DNA from: Octopus vulgaris
Taxonomy: Eukaryota
Direction: 5' to 3'
Assembly: GCA_951406725.2 (NCBI GenBank)
Contig: OX597816.1
Location: forward strand, 141,236,001 to 141,300,000
Length of the DNA: 64,000 nt
This document shows, one piece after another, positions 1 through 13,592 of the stretch; the stretch's first letter is position 1, and the number at the start of each line of letters is the position of its first letter. Made by a program: the position numbers and the translations under genes. A model generated the notes under the pieces. It had not been told where the DNA came from. It did not search any database and worked only from the letters and a program-made list of their open reading frames with translations.

Positions 1-1296
1 ACATGTGGTGGGTATGCAAAAGGTGAAAATGAAGTATATTCCACTGGATATATAAGGCCAGTTTGAACAAAATAACATAGGTGTGTGTGTATAGGGACTA
101 TACAATAAAGGTATTCACAATAATATACAAGAGATTGCACTGACATGTGTGTGATGAATGATAATTGAGCGAAGCCCCACAAAGAACCACAAGTGGAGAG
201 ACACAGTATTGAAATTGACTTCTCTTACTCATAGAAAACAAACATTTAAATTATAATTATGACAGACATATATAGTGTAAGTATTTATATCTATTTTAAA
301 TACTGGTATATAAAAGTCAGTGGATCAATCTTGTGATCTACATTGATGTTAGGAATATCCAGTTACTTCATCCTAAGTCTTCTTTGCACTTCTTTTTCTA
401 CAATTATCAACCCATGCTACATTTTTACTCAACAAGTATTGCTTATGCACAAAACATGCTATGCATGTGTGTGCACATACATACACACTAATTTAGATAA
501 ATTGGTCAAAATAATAGCATATTCTTTAATGATATTAATTAACAGTAAATGTATAATATCATAGTATAACACTATCTTAACACAGAAATAAATATTGTGA
601 TATCTGCCACCTAAAAGCAGAGTTTATTAGTAGATCCCAACAATGTTGCTAGTATGTAGAAATCATTATCCAAAAGAATCTAGTGAAAGCATGAAGTATT
701 TGATTAGCTTTGTAAATAAATATACTATTAAGTTCACAATCTCTCTCACAAAGGACTTAAAATACACAATCGCAAAGTAGTCCATTAACAAAGAAAGAAA
801 CTAAGAGGTTGTGTGACTTACTTAACAGATCAGTTAAATCTCACTTAAGTCACACACAACCTTCAAAAAGAAAGGACACATTATATAATCTTAATTTCCT
901 CTAAAATGAGACTGAACACAGCTGGAATGCCTATGATCATGTGACCGACCAGGCTATCAGATGTTGCTACACATCCCTGGTCACAATGCGCTTCGCATTG
1001 TTTTAGCCTTCAAATGATGCCACCCCACTGGCTAAGCGAGCAGGCCAATATATATATATAACACATAAAATTTCATGATTTATTTGTTTGTCTATATATA
1101 TATATATATATAGCATGGAGTGAGGGCAATGCTCAAGACCTTTCCAAACCACTCCAAACTGGTGGATGGTTGATGCAACCAATGTTCAGTCTGAATACCT
1201 ATATTGTGAGCTATTTACTTGGTGTCTGTCTATTATTTATTTGCCAGTATATTTATTGAATATTTTGTTAAAAAGATGTGTGTGTGTATGTACATA

Positions 1297-2712
1297 TGTA
1301 GCAGAAGCATGATTGCTCTTGAACTTTAGCTACCCACAATGTGGCTTTTTACTTTTAGCTACCCATTTTGGTTCATCACATGAGGGTCAAGTCCATTTAG
1401 CCCTACTTGGACTGTCCATCCCTTAATATGATGGACTAGCCTAGTGTCTGTACATCAGCTATAAAATGGGAGCACTTTGCCTGTTAATTTCTCAGGGAGG
1501 TGAGTTTTTGCTACAAGCAGTTTTGGATCTTTGATGTGAGAGCAGTTTGATTCCACTTTGCAGCTTCAACATTTTGAACAGAATTGTAACCGGAATCCTT
1601 GACAAAATGTTTCTCAACTTACCAACATTTTAAACAGGATTGTAACCAGAATTTTTGATGTTATGCTTCAGGGTTTTCAAACTCTTTATTTTCATTTTTA
1701 TCAGTACTTGAATGTATACAATGTATTGATGGTTATTAATGTCCTACCAGTTTGCTAATTTTAGTGATAGTAATAAATGCTTCTGTACAGTTAATTGTAA
1801 CTTGTCTTTGAATTTGTTTGTTGATATTCATCATGACTTCATTGTTTATTGATATTTATCCAGACTTCATCTCTCTCTATATAAATGGTAGTTTGTCTGT
1901 GTGTGTGTCTGTCAGGTTGTACCCTCACCCTGACCACGGCTTTCAACCGATTCTGATGAAACTTGACACACACATAGCCCAATGTCATAATTCAAAACTA
2001 ACGCAGCGAAAATTTTGAAAAGTTTCCCCAGTTCTGAAAAAAATCGATAAATTCGACATGGGGTCGAGAATCTAAGCTTTTTATATGCAACACATTTTCT
2101 GTTGTAGTTTTTGCAACTTGCAATCGATTTTCACCAAACTCATGGTGAAGCTTAATGTTACCCTAAGAAACTTAATTCTGACGTTAGTTTTCCATGCAAT
2201 ACCTTACCATCAGAAAAAAATCGATAAAATCATGCCATTTTGGGAAATCGCGTTCAAATTCAAGATGACATATTTTCGACAATATCTTTCACAAAATGGC
2301 AGGAATTTTTTTTTAAATACACAGCGAGCATCATGTCTGCTCCAAGGAGCTATATGGCCCTTTTTATTCCAATAGGATACTTTATTACTGGAAAAAATCG
2401 GTTAATTAAATCATATGTGACACACATAGCAAACCGATTTGTGTATTAAACACAAACGACAGACTGTCTAGGGGACGCAACTCGACCTTTTTATCGCCCA
2501 AAGGGACAGCTAGGAACATCGTATACACAGAAGTATTCGAGTGAAGAGAAGACATTGCAACCTACACATGCGCCTTCGTTCCCTAGAGGGAAAGGACTAG
2601 ATTGGGATTAGTCGTTGCCTACTAGGGGCTCTGACATACCCGGGCAACGCAGCTAGTTTAATATAACCCTAACATTATCAGACCTTAATCCACATTTCAT
2701 ACAACAACTACA
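1297..2712. mobile_element. Possible solo LTR interrupted by the Helitron
   Basis: TGTAG at 1297 and CTACA at 2712, flanks cata/catt (3 of 4 match), TATA-like ctataaaa near 1460, internal ~56-bp tandem duplication 1567-1660. Confidence 0.4.
1870..2656 (+). mobile_element. Non-autonomous Helitron-like element
   Basis: 5' TC start, (GTCT/GT)n near the 5' end, subterminal CCCGGGCAACGC (partial hairpin), 3' CTAG. Inserted between A1869 and T2657 without a TSD. Retains more CpG than its flanks. Confidence 0.75.
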
Positions 2713-2869
2713 CATTCCTATTGCTAAACATACAAAGATAAGTCATTGATTATCAGTAGTTCATCTATCATTTTTTTTTTATTGGCAGAAAAAAAACTAG
2801 GTGTATGTGCATCCCTATATGTGGCATTTCTCTTTGAACTATATTGCACGTCTGAACATGTAACTTCAA

Positions 2870-3180
2870 AGAAGTTATTACAAGGCCATTGTGCTTTGTG
2901 TTTGCTCTAAGGAAGAGCAACATTCAATGATTTGTTTCCTATGTATAAGGAGCTGAAGTCCATCAAAGGCTCTCAGTATAGCATGGCAACAATGTTTTGC
3001 CAGTACATACCGTCAACAAATGAACTGAAGTTTCAAAATGGTTACACAATCATTATACAACAATAAGAAATCAAATGTCCAAACATTGTTTTGCTGACAA
3101 CACTGAACAAGTCCATGTTATGGTGCCTATTGATAACGTAGCAAGCAAATAATTAATGACTTGCCAGCACATAAATAACT
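2870..3180 (+). mobile_element. Degraded mariner transposase N-terminal fragment
   Basis: Broken frames read CSKEEQHSMICFL...GAEVHQRLSV-HGNNVLP, resembling the mariner HTH N-terminus. Confidence 0.6.
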
Positions 3181-3229
3181 TTCACAATTGAAGAATTGTT
3201 TATATATTTTTCTACTTGCTGGGTTTAGA

Positions 3230-4060
3230 GAAAGAGGCAGTGCTCAAGGCTTTTGTAGGCCATCAGAGATTGGTAAGATTAGTGCCTCTTCAACCCTTGT
3301 AAGCCAACACTTGTGGGACAGATAGGAGCATAGAGGCAATTCCAGCAGGGACAACATTCTGGAAAGGTAAAGCAGGGCATAGTGATTAGTGCTGGGCCTC
3401 GGGGAGCTGGGTACAAAAAGGGTTATGAGAGGAAGAAAGAAAAGTAAAACAGGAATACCTGAGTGGAAATGGCATGATCCCAGCCAAATGTTGACATGCA
3501 GAGGCCTTTGTAATTGGCACTCTGTTGGTTACGAGAATGGTTCCAGTTGATCGAGTCAGCAGAACAGCTTACTCATGAAATCAATGTGCAAATAGTTGAG
3601 CACTCCACAAACACATGTACCCTTAACGTAGTTCTCAGGGAGATTCAGTGTGACACAGAATGTGGTGTGGCTGGCTCTTTGAGATACAGGTACTACTCAT
3701 TCTTGCCAGTTGAGTAGATTGGAACAACATAAAAATAAAATCTTCAAGGACACCACATGCCTCTGGGAATGACACTCACAACCTTATGATAGTAAGCCAA
3801 ATACTCTAACCACTATATCACATGCCTTCACCATTGTGGTATTGGTAGAAAAAACAGAGAGCAAGAAGAAACAGCAGAACCCATGGGTCAGAAGCTGGAC
3901 TTTGTGAGACCAATCAGTTAGGTGGTCTAGAATGTTTGTGTGTACACCAGCAGCACCATACCAGATGTGAGAAAAATACTCCATTGGGAAGTATCAATAA
4001 TTGATGAGGCTTAAGTATCTTATGGCCCTAAAGAGAATGGCCAGTCATTAGGAAGTAGTT
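3230..4060 (-). mobile_element. CR1/Jockey-like LINE fragments with an inserted SINE (about 3515-3830)
   Basis: ORF 3784..3984 MEYFSHIWYGAA...ILD resembles the post-RT MEYCSHIW-GA motif. The SINE core gtggctgagcactccac recurs near 15230, 50030 and 52420. Confidence 0.6.
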
Positions 4061-5772
4061 CTTGCTAAGAATTTATTTTCACTATATAAAAATTAATGAC
4101 TAAAATATATCACTGTGTACATAGTCATGATTCTCATGTCTATTGATATATTTGATAATATAGCTATAGGTCATTCCACTCACCTATTTATGGTGTCTGA
4201 GGTGATATACAAATCCAATTTTATCCTCAAAAAGTCTTGCATGTTCAAATGTGGTCTGACAACATTCAGCTAATGTGGACACACATTCCCCAAAGCTTAT
4301 TAACAAAGACCTAACATCAAAGATATGTGCATTTCTAATTAAAGAAAGACAGAAACAAAAGTATGAGGTTAATGTCAACCAATGCACACTAATTATTGAC
4401 TGTGATAATTTGTGTGTGTGCACACGCATGCACATAAATTGATACTGGTGCTGGTGGCATGCAAAATGCACTGATGCTAGAGCCACAAAAAATACCCAGC
4501 ACACCCTGTAAAGTGGTTGTTATTAGGAAGGGCATCCACCCATAGAAACCATGCCAGAACAGACAATAGAGCCTGGTGTGGCCCCCAACCATACCAGCTC
4601 CTGTCAAATTGTTCAACCCATGCCAGCAGGAAAAAAGAACGTTAAACCATCACACGCACACACACACATCCCACTTATTTTATATTTTTTAAAAACTAAG
4701 CCAACAAAAGAAACTTAATCAAACAACTATCACACTAATCACATCCTACCATGAAAGGACATGTTGTACACTGTAGCTCCAGCAAAAAAGACGCATGGTC
4801 ATAGTTAGAATGCCTTTCATAAAACATACCAAATAAGAATAACGACTGGTCTGGAGTATAACACCAACTTCGATAAATTTAAGTGGTAGTTTTAACACAC
4901 AAGTATTTATATTAATTATACACACACAGTCACAAAACTATCCATAAACTATGACCCCACCACCTATTCCCATCAAAGATAAAAAGAACAAACATAAGAG
5001 TTGGAGGGAGAGGTTAAACAATTCCTCATTACTCATACAACTGTCAAAATCCACTAGATCAAGTAATATCCTACCAACAAAAATATGAACATACTACTGA
5101 TAAGATACAACACAAAAATGTTTTACTACTAAAAAGTAAACAAAAGCCCTACAGCGAGCATATTTTTTATACAATTACATTAATTAAAAAAAGAATCTAC
5201 ATAAATTTGGAAGAAAAACAAAGTGATATTAAACCAATAATTGGGTTGTCAAGAAAAATAAACTATAAAAATATTCTACCTTTATATGTATGTACTAAAG
5301 TACATTCATGGAAAAATATTTGTTTATCAAGTTTTACCTTATCAGTAGTCTCATGTCCTGAAGTTTAGTGACAGCAATGATTAACATCTATGACATCCAT
5401 TGAATATTCTACAATGTCTATCATAAAAGTCTGTAAGGACTGATTTCCTATGAACTTCAAAAATTGAAATCGTCCATTAGTTGTGAAATTAGCTGTCTGA
5501 TGGGCTAGTCAGCTCACTGATTAGGTGCACTGGATGGTTGACCAGCAGTTTCCAATTTAGGCCACTTACCCTAGTTATTACCTCCACTTAACCATAAATA
5601 TTTCCCTAATTTTCCTACAGAATTCTTTTCATTGTTTTACTAATTTCACAATCCTATATTAAAAAAACTTATGGAGCATTTTCACCCCCAACTGTCTTAT
5701 TTCCTAAATGTCTGAATAGGTTTCTCTCTTAACACTTATGCTATAATATTTACTTTTTTAATCTAGTATATA

Positions 5773-6183
5773 GGCGCAGGAGTGGCTGTGTGGTAAATAG
5801 CTTGCTTACCAATCACATGGTTCCGGGTTCATTCCCACTGCGTGGCACCTTGGCCAAGTGTCTTCTACTATAGCCTCGGGCCGACCAAAGGCTTGTGAGT
5901 GGATTTGGTAGATGGAAACTCAAAGAAGCCCATTGTATATATGTATATATATATGTATGTGTGTATGTGTTTGTGTGTCTGTGTTTGTCCCTCTAGCATT
6001 GCTTGACAACCAATGCTGGTGTGTTTATGTACCCGTCACTTAGCGGTTCGGCAAAAGAGACCAATAGAATAAGTACTAGACTTACAAATAATAAATCCTA
6101 CGATTGATTTGCTCAACTAAAGGCAGTGCTCCAGCATGGCTGCAGTCAAATGACTGAAACAAGTAAAAGAGAGTAAAAGAGTA
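5773..6183 (+). mobile_element. Full-length tRNA-derived SINE (family A)
   Basis: A-box gtggctgtgtggt, B-box gggttcattcccac, central (TA/TG)n, tail gactgaaacaagtaaaagag repeats. Other copies at about 23127-23470, 34495-34810, 41350-41500 (+) and 46560-46790, 46970-47290, 59860-60080, 60725-60950 (-). Confidence 0.88.
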
Positions 6184-6763
6184 TATACTGTCCTAAGCAT
6201 ATTAGGGCCCCTTACAACATACACTATTTTTTCATTCATTTATTTATTAACCCATACAATGGTCTCAATAGCTGGTCTTTTGTTTTTAAATTTCAACTGA
6301 CCAATTATATCAAATGCTGAACCTTGGCCCACCTCACTTCAGACAACAGATGGAAGGGCTTAACCACCTACTAGTAAATAAATAAATAATTACAGTTAAG
6401 GCGCTTACTCTTTTCTTTTGTGTATTTTTTTTCACTCTGATGAAGCTCCATGTTCCAGATCGGATGTGTAACCAAATATGATGAGTATTGTTTTCAGAAT
6501 TTATAATGGCAATACCGTGAAACATTAGAAGCAGAAATAGCTGTGAGATGGGATACAGTCTATTTGTATTAAAAAGTAATAATTGATGTTAGTCAATTGT
6601 TGTTGATCAATATTTCTCCATTTTCTGTTCACTTCATTTATTTGTTTGTGTGTGTGTGTGTGTGAAATTCGGTTAGAGATTGTGTTAACCTCATGAAGGG
6701 ATGGTTTCAGCCAAAGAAATACTGGTTCAATACCTAGTATTTTGGGGGAATTGATTTTCTTAA

Positions 6764-6982
6764 CCCTTTAGTGTTCATATTATTCTATCAAACATAATGC
6801 CTATTGATTCCCATTGATTTTAATTAATCATGCATTATCCCATATCTTCAAGATCTTGATGGTGTAATTACTTAATGTAGAATAACATTGTAGGGTAGGT
6901 GTGAGAGCCTGGATCTGGTCAGTTTGAACATAAAACAGATTAACTATTTTGGCCGGATATGGCCGGTTTAAATACTAAAGAG
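6764..6982. mobile_element. TTAA-flanked MITE (piggyBac-type ends)
   Basis: TTAA|CCCTTTAG...CTAAAGAG|TTAA. Related copies at 40592-40799 (also TTAA flanked) and about 33205-33390. Confidence 0.75.
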
Positions 6983-7087
6983 TTAAATATACATACATAT
7001 ATATATATACCGGAGTAAATACATAAATGTGAAACAAGGTGGAAAAAAGAGTACTCAAATACCAGTGGTAGAGTAATATGCTTTATT

Positions 7088-7221
7088 TAAAGCAGCAGAA
7101 AATTCAACAAAACCTGTTACTCTGAGTTTCCTGTTGCCGTTCATTGGACAGTTTTTGCTAGCAAACTGTCCGATGAATGGCAATGGGAAACTCAGGTTTT
7201 GTTGAATTTTCTGCTGCTTTA
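7088..7221. repeat. Palindromic Penelope-like terminal repeat with degenerate minimal hammerhead motif
   Basis: Arms taaagcagcagaaaattcaacaaaacctg.. / ..caggttttgttgaattttctgctgcttta. Each arm has CTGT-CC(G/A)ATGA-..GGCAA..-GAAAC-TCAG. Confidence 0.65.
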
Positions 7222-7231
7222 CATATATATA

Positions 7232-7470
7232 TCATCATCATCATCATCATCATCGTCGTTTAACGTCCGTTCTCCATGCTAGCATGGGTTGGACGGTTCG
7301 ACCGGGGTTCTGGGAAGCCAGAAGGCTGCACCAGGCTCCAGTCTAATTTGGCAATGTTTCTACAGCTGGATGCCCTTCCTAACGCCAACCACTCCGTGAG
7401 TGTAGTGGGTGCTTTTTACGTGCCACCTGCACAGGTGCCAGGCGGGGCTGGCAACGGCCACGGTCAGATT
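7232..7470 (-). mobile_element. 5'-truncated RTE LINE 3' end with (CAT)n tail
   Basis: catcatcatcgtttaacgtccg...ccatgctagcatgggttggacgg, same as the end of the RTE at 20190. Near-identical copies at 32338-32500, 39590-39770, 60198-60370 and 62026-62205. Confidence 0.85.
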
Positions 7471-7999
7471 GGTGTATATATATATATATAAACATAGTTT
7501 ATACTCATATAAAAGAAGAAAATGGAATTGGGAAGTTAATAATTATTTATTATTGACAGGAAATTTATCACCATCCCTTACAGCTGTTTCAATTTAATAC
7601 TCAGTAATTTTTTTAATTATCAAATTTATATGACCTGAGCATAATTTCTTTGGAGGGAAAAAAACATACCCTTGGATGTTTCATATGTGTTAATGAATTC
7701 ATTATAGCAGACTGAATGATCCTGTTTATGCTCAGGTGACAGGTTTGCAGGTTGATTGGAGAGAAGATAGAGTAATAAATGAATAAATTTGGACAATGGC
7801 AAAGGGAGATAATCATCTAGAGTTTTACCCTGAAAATGAGGCTTTTCCCCCACTTCTGTATTTTAAAGAGGTCTAAGGCCAGCAGTGTTTGGGTTCTAAA
7901 GATAGGCAATAAGGCTAAACCCCTTACGAGTGAGGAACCCAGAGTAACCCCATAAACCGGCCTACCCCACTATAATACATATATGTATGTATATATGTA

Positions 8000-8039
<40 letters not shown>

Positions 8040-8189
8040 CACGCACACACACACATACTCTACTGCACATAATATAAGAACTATGAAAATATCTTGAAAT
8101 GGGAAACTTAAAAAAATTTATCTCTTTCAACAATACAAATGTATTCACTCAACAGCTTAAAAATAAAAAAAAGAATTGGAGAGGAGGAT

Positions 8190-8550
8190 TATTTGCAAAC
8201 CTTCTGATATAGATTCATTCAGATACCTTAACTTTTAGTTTAGATTGGTAGAAATACATGGGCAGGGATTGGCTGCATTTCTGGAAATGAATAACTGGAA
8301 GAGTGCAGAGTCTTGTTGGATGATGAGAGGAGGCAAACAAGACAAGCCTGAAGTGGAAGTGCATTGCAGTTAGTGAGTTCAGAGGAGCAGAGCGCATTTA
8401 TTGTAGTAACCATAAAGAAAGCAGAGATAAGAAACAGCACATATCTATAGGACAGTGACGGCTTCTGTCCAGTGCAAATAGTTTACAAGAAGTAATGTGT
8501 CTTCTAATGCAATTTTCTGTGTAAGAGGAGGAGCACTGGATGAAAGAAAA
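8190..8550 (-). mobile_element. CR1/Jockey-like LINE 3' fragment
   Basis: Minus strand reads ...AVSYLCFLYGYYNK/CALCSSEL-like; same region as the plus-strand fragment at 48320-48400. Confidence 0.55.
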
Positions 8551-11500
8551 ATTACACATCTGAAATCATTTTCCACACTACAAATGATGAGGTAAAATAA
8601 TCTAACACACTCCTGGAAACCTTATGTTTCACATAATCAGCATCAGAAAATGAACAATATACACCTACTAATCCTTGATAAAGCACGAAAATACCCAAAG
8701 CCACCACCACTACACTACTACTTACATATTTACGATTATCTTAAATATACGTACAGCGACAGTAAAGGGTGTCTATTGATAAAAAGATTCCCAAAGCCAC
8801 AAATATACCCACAGCCATAGGTATGTTACTAAGGTGTGATATTCCTTTATTTGTTTGCCCTTTGTTAACTACAATACCCTCTGAATTTTATCAAACACAT
8901 TTATCACGCTCAGTACACTCACTTGGCTTACTGCAGTCATTCACAATGTCTCGCTCGCCTATACATTTGGAGTTATTTTCCTATCCTTATGATTAAGTCA
9001 CCTGTTAATCTGCATTAAACCAAGCCCCACTTATTTTGAATTAAAATGTATGTTTGATTTCTACTATTTCACATGACAGTTATTGGTTCTTTCTTACGTC
9101 AATATATTTTCACAAAGGCAAGTATATCTTTCATATAAATTAACATCTTAAATGACATAATTGTTTCACATCTTCGGCCGTAACTAAGCTTCATTGTCAT
9201 ATAGAACCTTAAACATTTAGCTACAATTAAAGACACATTGAACAATGTAGTCCTAAATGTAAAGAAAGACGGTGTGGTCACAGGTAGAATGCTTTTGATC
9301 ACAAGTCTGCTGGATCAGGGTTCACCTGGGGGTTAAACAACATGTTCGTTACTTTCATCCACACTCAATTCCAGTTATTTGTATTCCACCAATAACTGTG
9401 ACAAGTCCTGTCGAAAGAGGCAGCACCTGGTCGCGCCATTTGCTAAAAAATAAAACCCAATATTCCTCGTACACACTCTGTCTCCGAAAAGATCACGTTA
9501 GATGTTGTCTTGGATTCCATTCAGAGAGGAAAAAGAAGGGATGGTCACGGTTGGAATGGTTTTCGGTTATCCTTCGTTTTGACTTGCAGAACTGTCATTT
9601 GGATCAGCTGGTTTTGTTCGTTAATTTCTGTAATTTTTCTTTATTTATTTACTTTTGTTTTGAAGGTGGTTTTCTCTGTCAGAGACTAAGCAACCGAATA
9701 TATATTTGTATGCTTCATAACAAGGTCAAGTAACTAGCAGAGTTTGTTTTTGGTAATGCGATAGATGTTTCTGGGAGATTTTCCGCACTGTACTCATTAC
9801 TGCAGCAACTGGGATAGGATTCACTTGCACTAGTCTTAAGAGGTTCTCAATTGTAATAGAGTACCTGGCGGAGATAAAGAATAAGTACACCACCCGTTTT
9901 CGGCGTAACAAAAACCTTAACCCTACACACCGGGTGTACGTATTCTTTACTTTCGCCTAGTTCTCGATATAGAGAAGATAAAAAGACTGCATAAATAGCA
10001 AAGAAAATAATAATATGACTTGCACTATTTGCCATTAGAAGTATAATTAGTAGAAGGGCTAATTAATGTATCAGAGCCACAGATATTTATTATAGTTAAC
10101 ATTAATTCATAGAAGTATTTTCATTATAAAAGGTATTGTCAATAGTAACCTTGTTAGCACATACTAGAAATATAAACAATCAATATTTGCATTAATGATA
10201 TATATCCTTTTAATAGATATGAGGCTCGCGCGCGCGCACACACACCGAGGCAATATCTACATCTGAGAATTTCTCTCATATATATATATTTAATCGGTTC
10301 TAACTGTGACTTGAAGGCCCAACCTTGATACAATGCCACGCTGATTCTGTCTGAAGATCATGTTAATTGAGAGTAGGTGGAAAACACAGCTACATAGGTA
10401 TAATTCAATGAGTAATTATTTTCGTTTTTAACAAGTGGCACATTGATTCGTCGAAATTGACGAGAGCCCATTATATAGATATGCATTTATTACAAAATAA
10501 TAACCATTAAAAACACATACAAAAAGTAACAAGTAAAATGTAGGTGTAAAGAGAGAACTGACGAAGGAGCTAAGTAGAAAGGACAAGGTTGTCACCTCTG
10601 CAAGGTTGAACGGAGCTCGGTTATAAAGTGGGTAACGAGAACGGTGTGATGGGCACGTCTTAAAATATAAATAAACATTGATTTGTATCTAGTTTTTCTT
10701 TCTTTCTTTTTAACGAAATACAAACTATTTTTGCTTTTTCAACCTTCCTTTCGGAACAAACAATCAACAACATCCGTGATGATCGACCGATCCAGACCCC
10801 AATGTCATATCTAATCCCTAGTCCATCGCTAACTACTTCAATGTCACGTTTAGCAATCAATCACAGGCTACAATGTCATAATATAGTACGTCCATCACTG
10901 TATCAAGGAATTCATCTTTGTTTACAGAAATAAGAATTTTGCATAGCTTATATGCAGGCTGTGTTTGTATGAAAACGGTGAAATTAGCACATATGCCGTA
11001 TGCCAGAAATGTAATAAATTATATGAGATTTTGGTTCCATTTAGCGATATCAAGTGTTTTCTGGCATAATACTCGGGTCGACCCAAATTTTATGAGCAAA
11101 TTAAGTTGTTGTTGCTTAGCCCCAGGTCAGCTTAGACAGAGCAGGCCTATTATCAAAGGCATTTTACTCGTGACCATCCCGTCTTTTTAGCGGGATGTAG
11201 GACAATTTATTTAGCTCTTTCCTTTCCCATGAAAATAGAATGTAAAGGACGGAAAGAAGGCCAACATTGTTACACATTTTATGCTGAATCTGCTTGTATA
11301 TGATACAAATATCTATCGAAGATAAACGCCAAAACACTTACATCATGATTCAACTAGTAAATAAATCTCCGCCGTTCAAACTATCTGAACACAATCGTTC
11401 TCTCTCTATATATATAAATTTATACATACATATCGCTTGCTCAGCTAAAACACATAAACTTTACATAAATAAATTATAAATAATACAATTATTAGAGAGA

Positions 11501-11589
11501 AATAGTCAAACCTTTGCATCTTGTTTCAGAAATTTACCATTCTGTAAGAGACAAGATCGGAGTACGAGCGACGCCATGGTATTTAATCA

Positions 11590-11890
11590 CTCTCACTGCA
11601 GTTACTCTCTCTAGCTCTCTTACTATAGCTACTCTTATTCTATCTACTCTATTTGTAACTCCTCTCTATATACCTCATACCATATCTACTCACAATCTTA
11701 CTATATCTATTTCTAACTCTAGCCACTCTGTCTATCACTCTTACTATATCAACTTTGCTTTACAATAAATAATAAAATCCCCTCATACTATAGCCACTTT
11801 TATATTAATTAAATTTAGCCATACCATATCTATTCTCGCTGTAGCCACTCTTTCTATCTTTCTTAATATATCTACTTTCACTAGAGTCAC
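11590..11890. repeat. Degenerate short-period tandem repeat (tagc/ctactct-like)
   Basis: Repeated ctactct / tagccactct / tatatctact units. Confidence 0.6.
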
Positions 11891-13059
11891 TTTTTTTTTG
11901 TTGGTATTTTGGTCACTTTTGTAAGAGTTATAATTTCTTTAATCCTGCTAACCCGCGGTTTTAGTCAAAATATATATATGTAAAGGTGTAACAAGTGCTA
12001 CAAAAGAAGTAAATTAGAAATTAGATTGTCATTAATTTAGTTATTAAAAAACTACTTTTTATATGTATATATATTTAGATAGTATTCTTGGTTTGATACA
12101 AATTGTAAGATTTATTAAATTGATGACAGTCTGCAAACTAAGTCGGAAATTAATCTTTGAAACCATCAAATATTCGTTAACTTTGTTTGATGTGAGACAT
12201 TCATTTTTGGCATTCTTACAGAATAGAGTCGGAAAATATCTCGAAAACCGTAATTTTTCCGGATGTGTGTTTTAAGCATCGAAGTTATCGATAAAATTTT
12301 TTTTTTTAATGAGTGAGGATAGATTTGCCCCACCACCTTTTCACCTTTTTTTAAAATTTTATACTTTTTTCAGATTGATATTAATTCTGGTTCAAATACC
12401 TGAGATTATCGTTCTTTTCCTTTTAAATATTTTCTCTTTATCTTCTGTTTCAAAATAAAAAAAAATCATTTCAAATATGAAAAAGTAACGCATATTTTTG
12501 CGCACCTGTTCAACGTATTGGACAAAAACAATTTTGAAGTTCTAGTTCGGACTATCAACTCTTGATAATACAAGGTTTTTATTGTTAATAAAACTTATTT
12601 TTTTATTGAATAAAGTAAAAAGAAATGAACAGAAAAGAGAAAAGAAAATTTGAAAATCTGGTTTTTCGCTTAATTTTAAATGATTCGAAAATGTTTTCAT
12701 TTTGTGATCATAAAACGAAAGAATACCTTACATTTTTACAGAATCACAACTCCCAGTGTTTTAAAAACGTAAATCTGAAAGCAAATTTAGAGTAAAGAAA
12801 ACAAAGCGAAAGTGATGAATTTTTTTAGAAAAAAGGGAAAGAGATGAAAAAAAAATTAAATTCTATACTTTTTTCGACGATCTAAAAAGATCACTTTTTC
12901 TGTTTCTTTTTCTTTGAAGTCATCTCAAAAACTTATATCTGAGAAAAAATATCTAAGTTGAAAAATTACAGAAATCGGGAATGGGCTGAACAAATCGAGA
13001 GGGAAAGTAAACCCTTTTTTCTTAACATTTATGTACTTTTCGGCATACTTACACAAGTG

Positions 13060-13479
13060 TTCCAACCGACTTTGTTTCCTCATAAGGTTTAGAAAAATAG
13101 ATATTTTTTAATGAAACTCTTGGTTAATGTTTACAACTTAACCTGAAAACGAAAATCATAAAAAAATAGGGCAGTGGGTGTAAAAAAATGTGTAGGAGGC
13201 GAATATTAAAAAAAAGAATATGCGCGCAAAAGCATCGGGAGGGTGGGGAGAGGACCTCGGAAAATTCACAAGATCCAAGTTTTTCCCTCATAACTTTTAG
13301 GAAAATGAGTTTTTTTCAATGACATTTTATAGAAATACCTTTCAAACGGTATACATTACGATTATAAAGAAATTTGTGGAGAAAATCGTTTCCAAGGGGG
13401 TGGGGAGAGGATTTCGGAAGATTCACACGATCCGAGATTTTCCCTCATAACTGGATATGTGCACATGTGTATATATATA

Positions 13480-13538
<59 letters not shown>

Positions 13539-13549
13539 ATAATATATAT

Positions 13550-13592
<43 letters not shown>

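Noticed and set aside
5773-5850. tRNA gene (A and B boxes)
   Set aside because: It is the tRNA-derived head of a multi-copy SINE, continuing into SINE body and tail with no proper cloverleaf.
8923-9009. Additional minus-strand exon in the 4-11 kb chain
   Set aside because: The implied downstream intron would be only 42-51 nt and all frames contain stops.
9653-9864. Selenoprotein-like frame interrupted only by TGA codons
   Set aside because: No recognisable selenoprotein motif or SECIS seen; CGA-to-TGA decay or chance explains it more simply.
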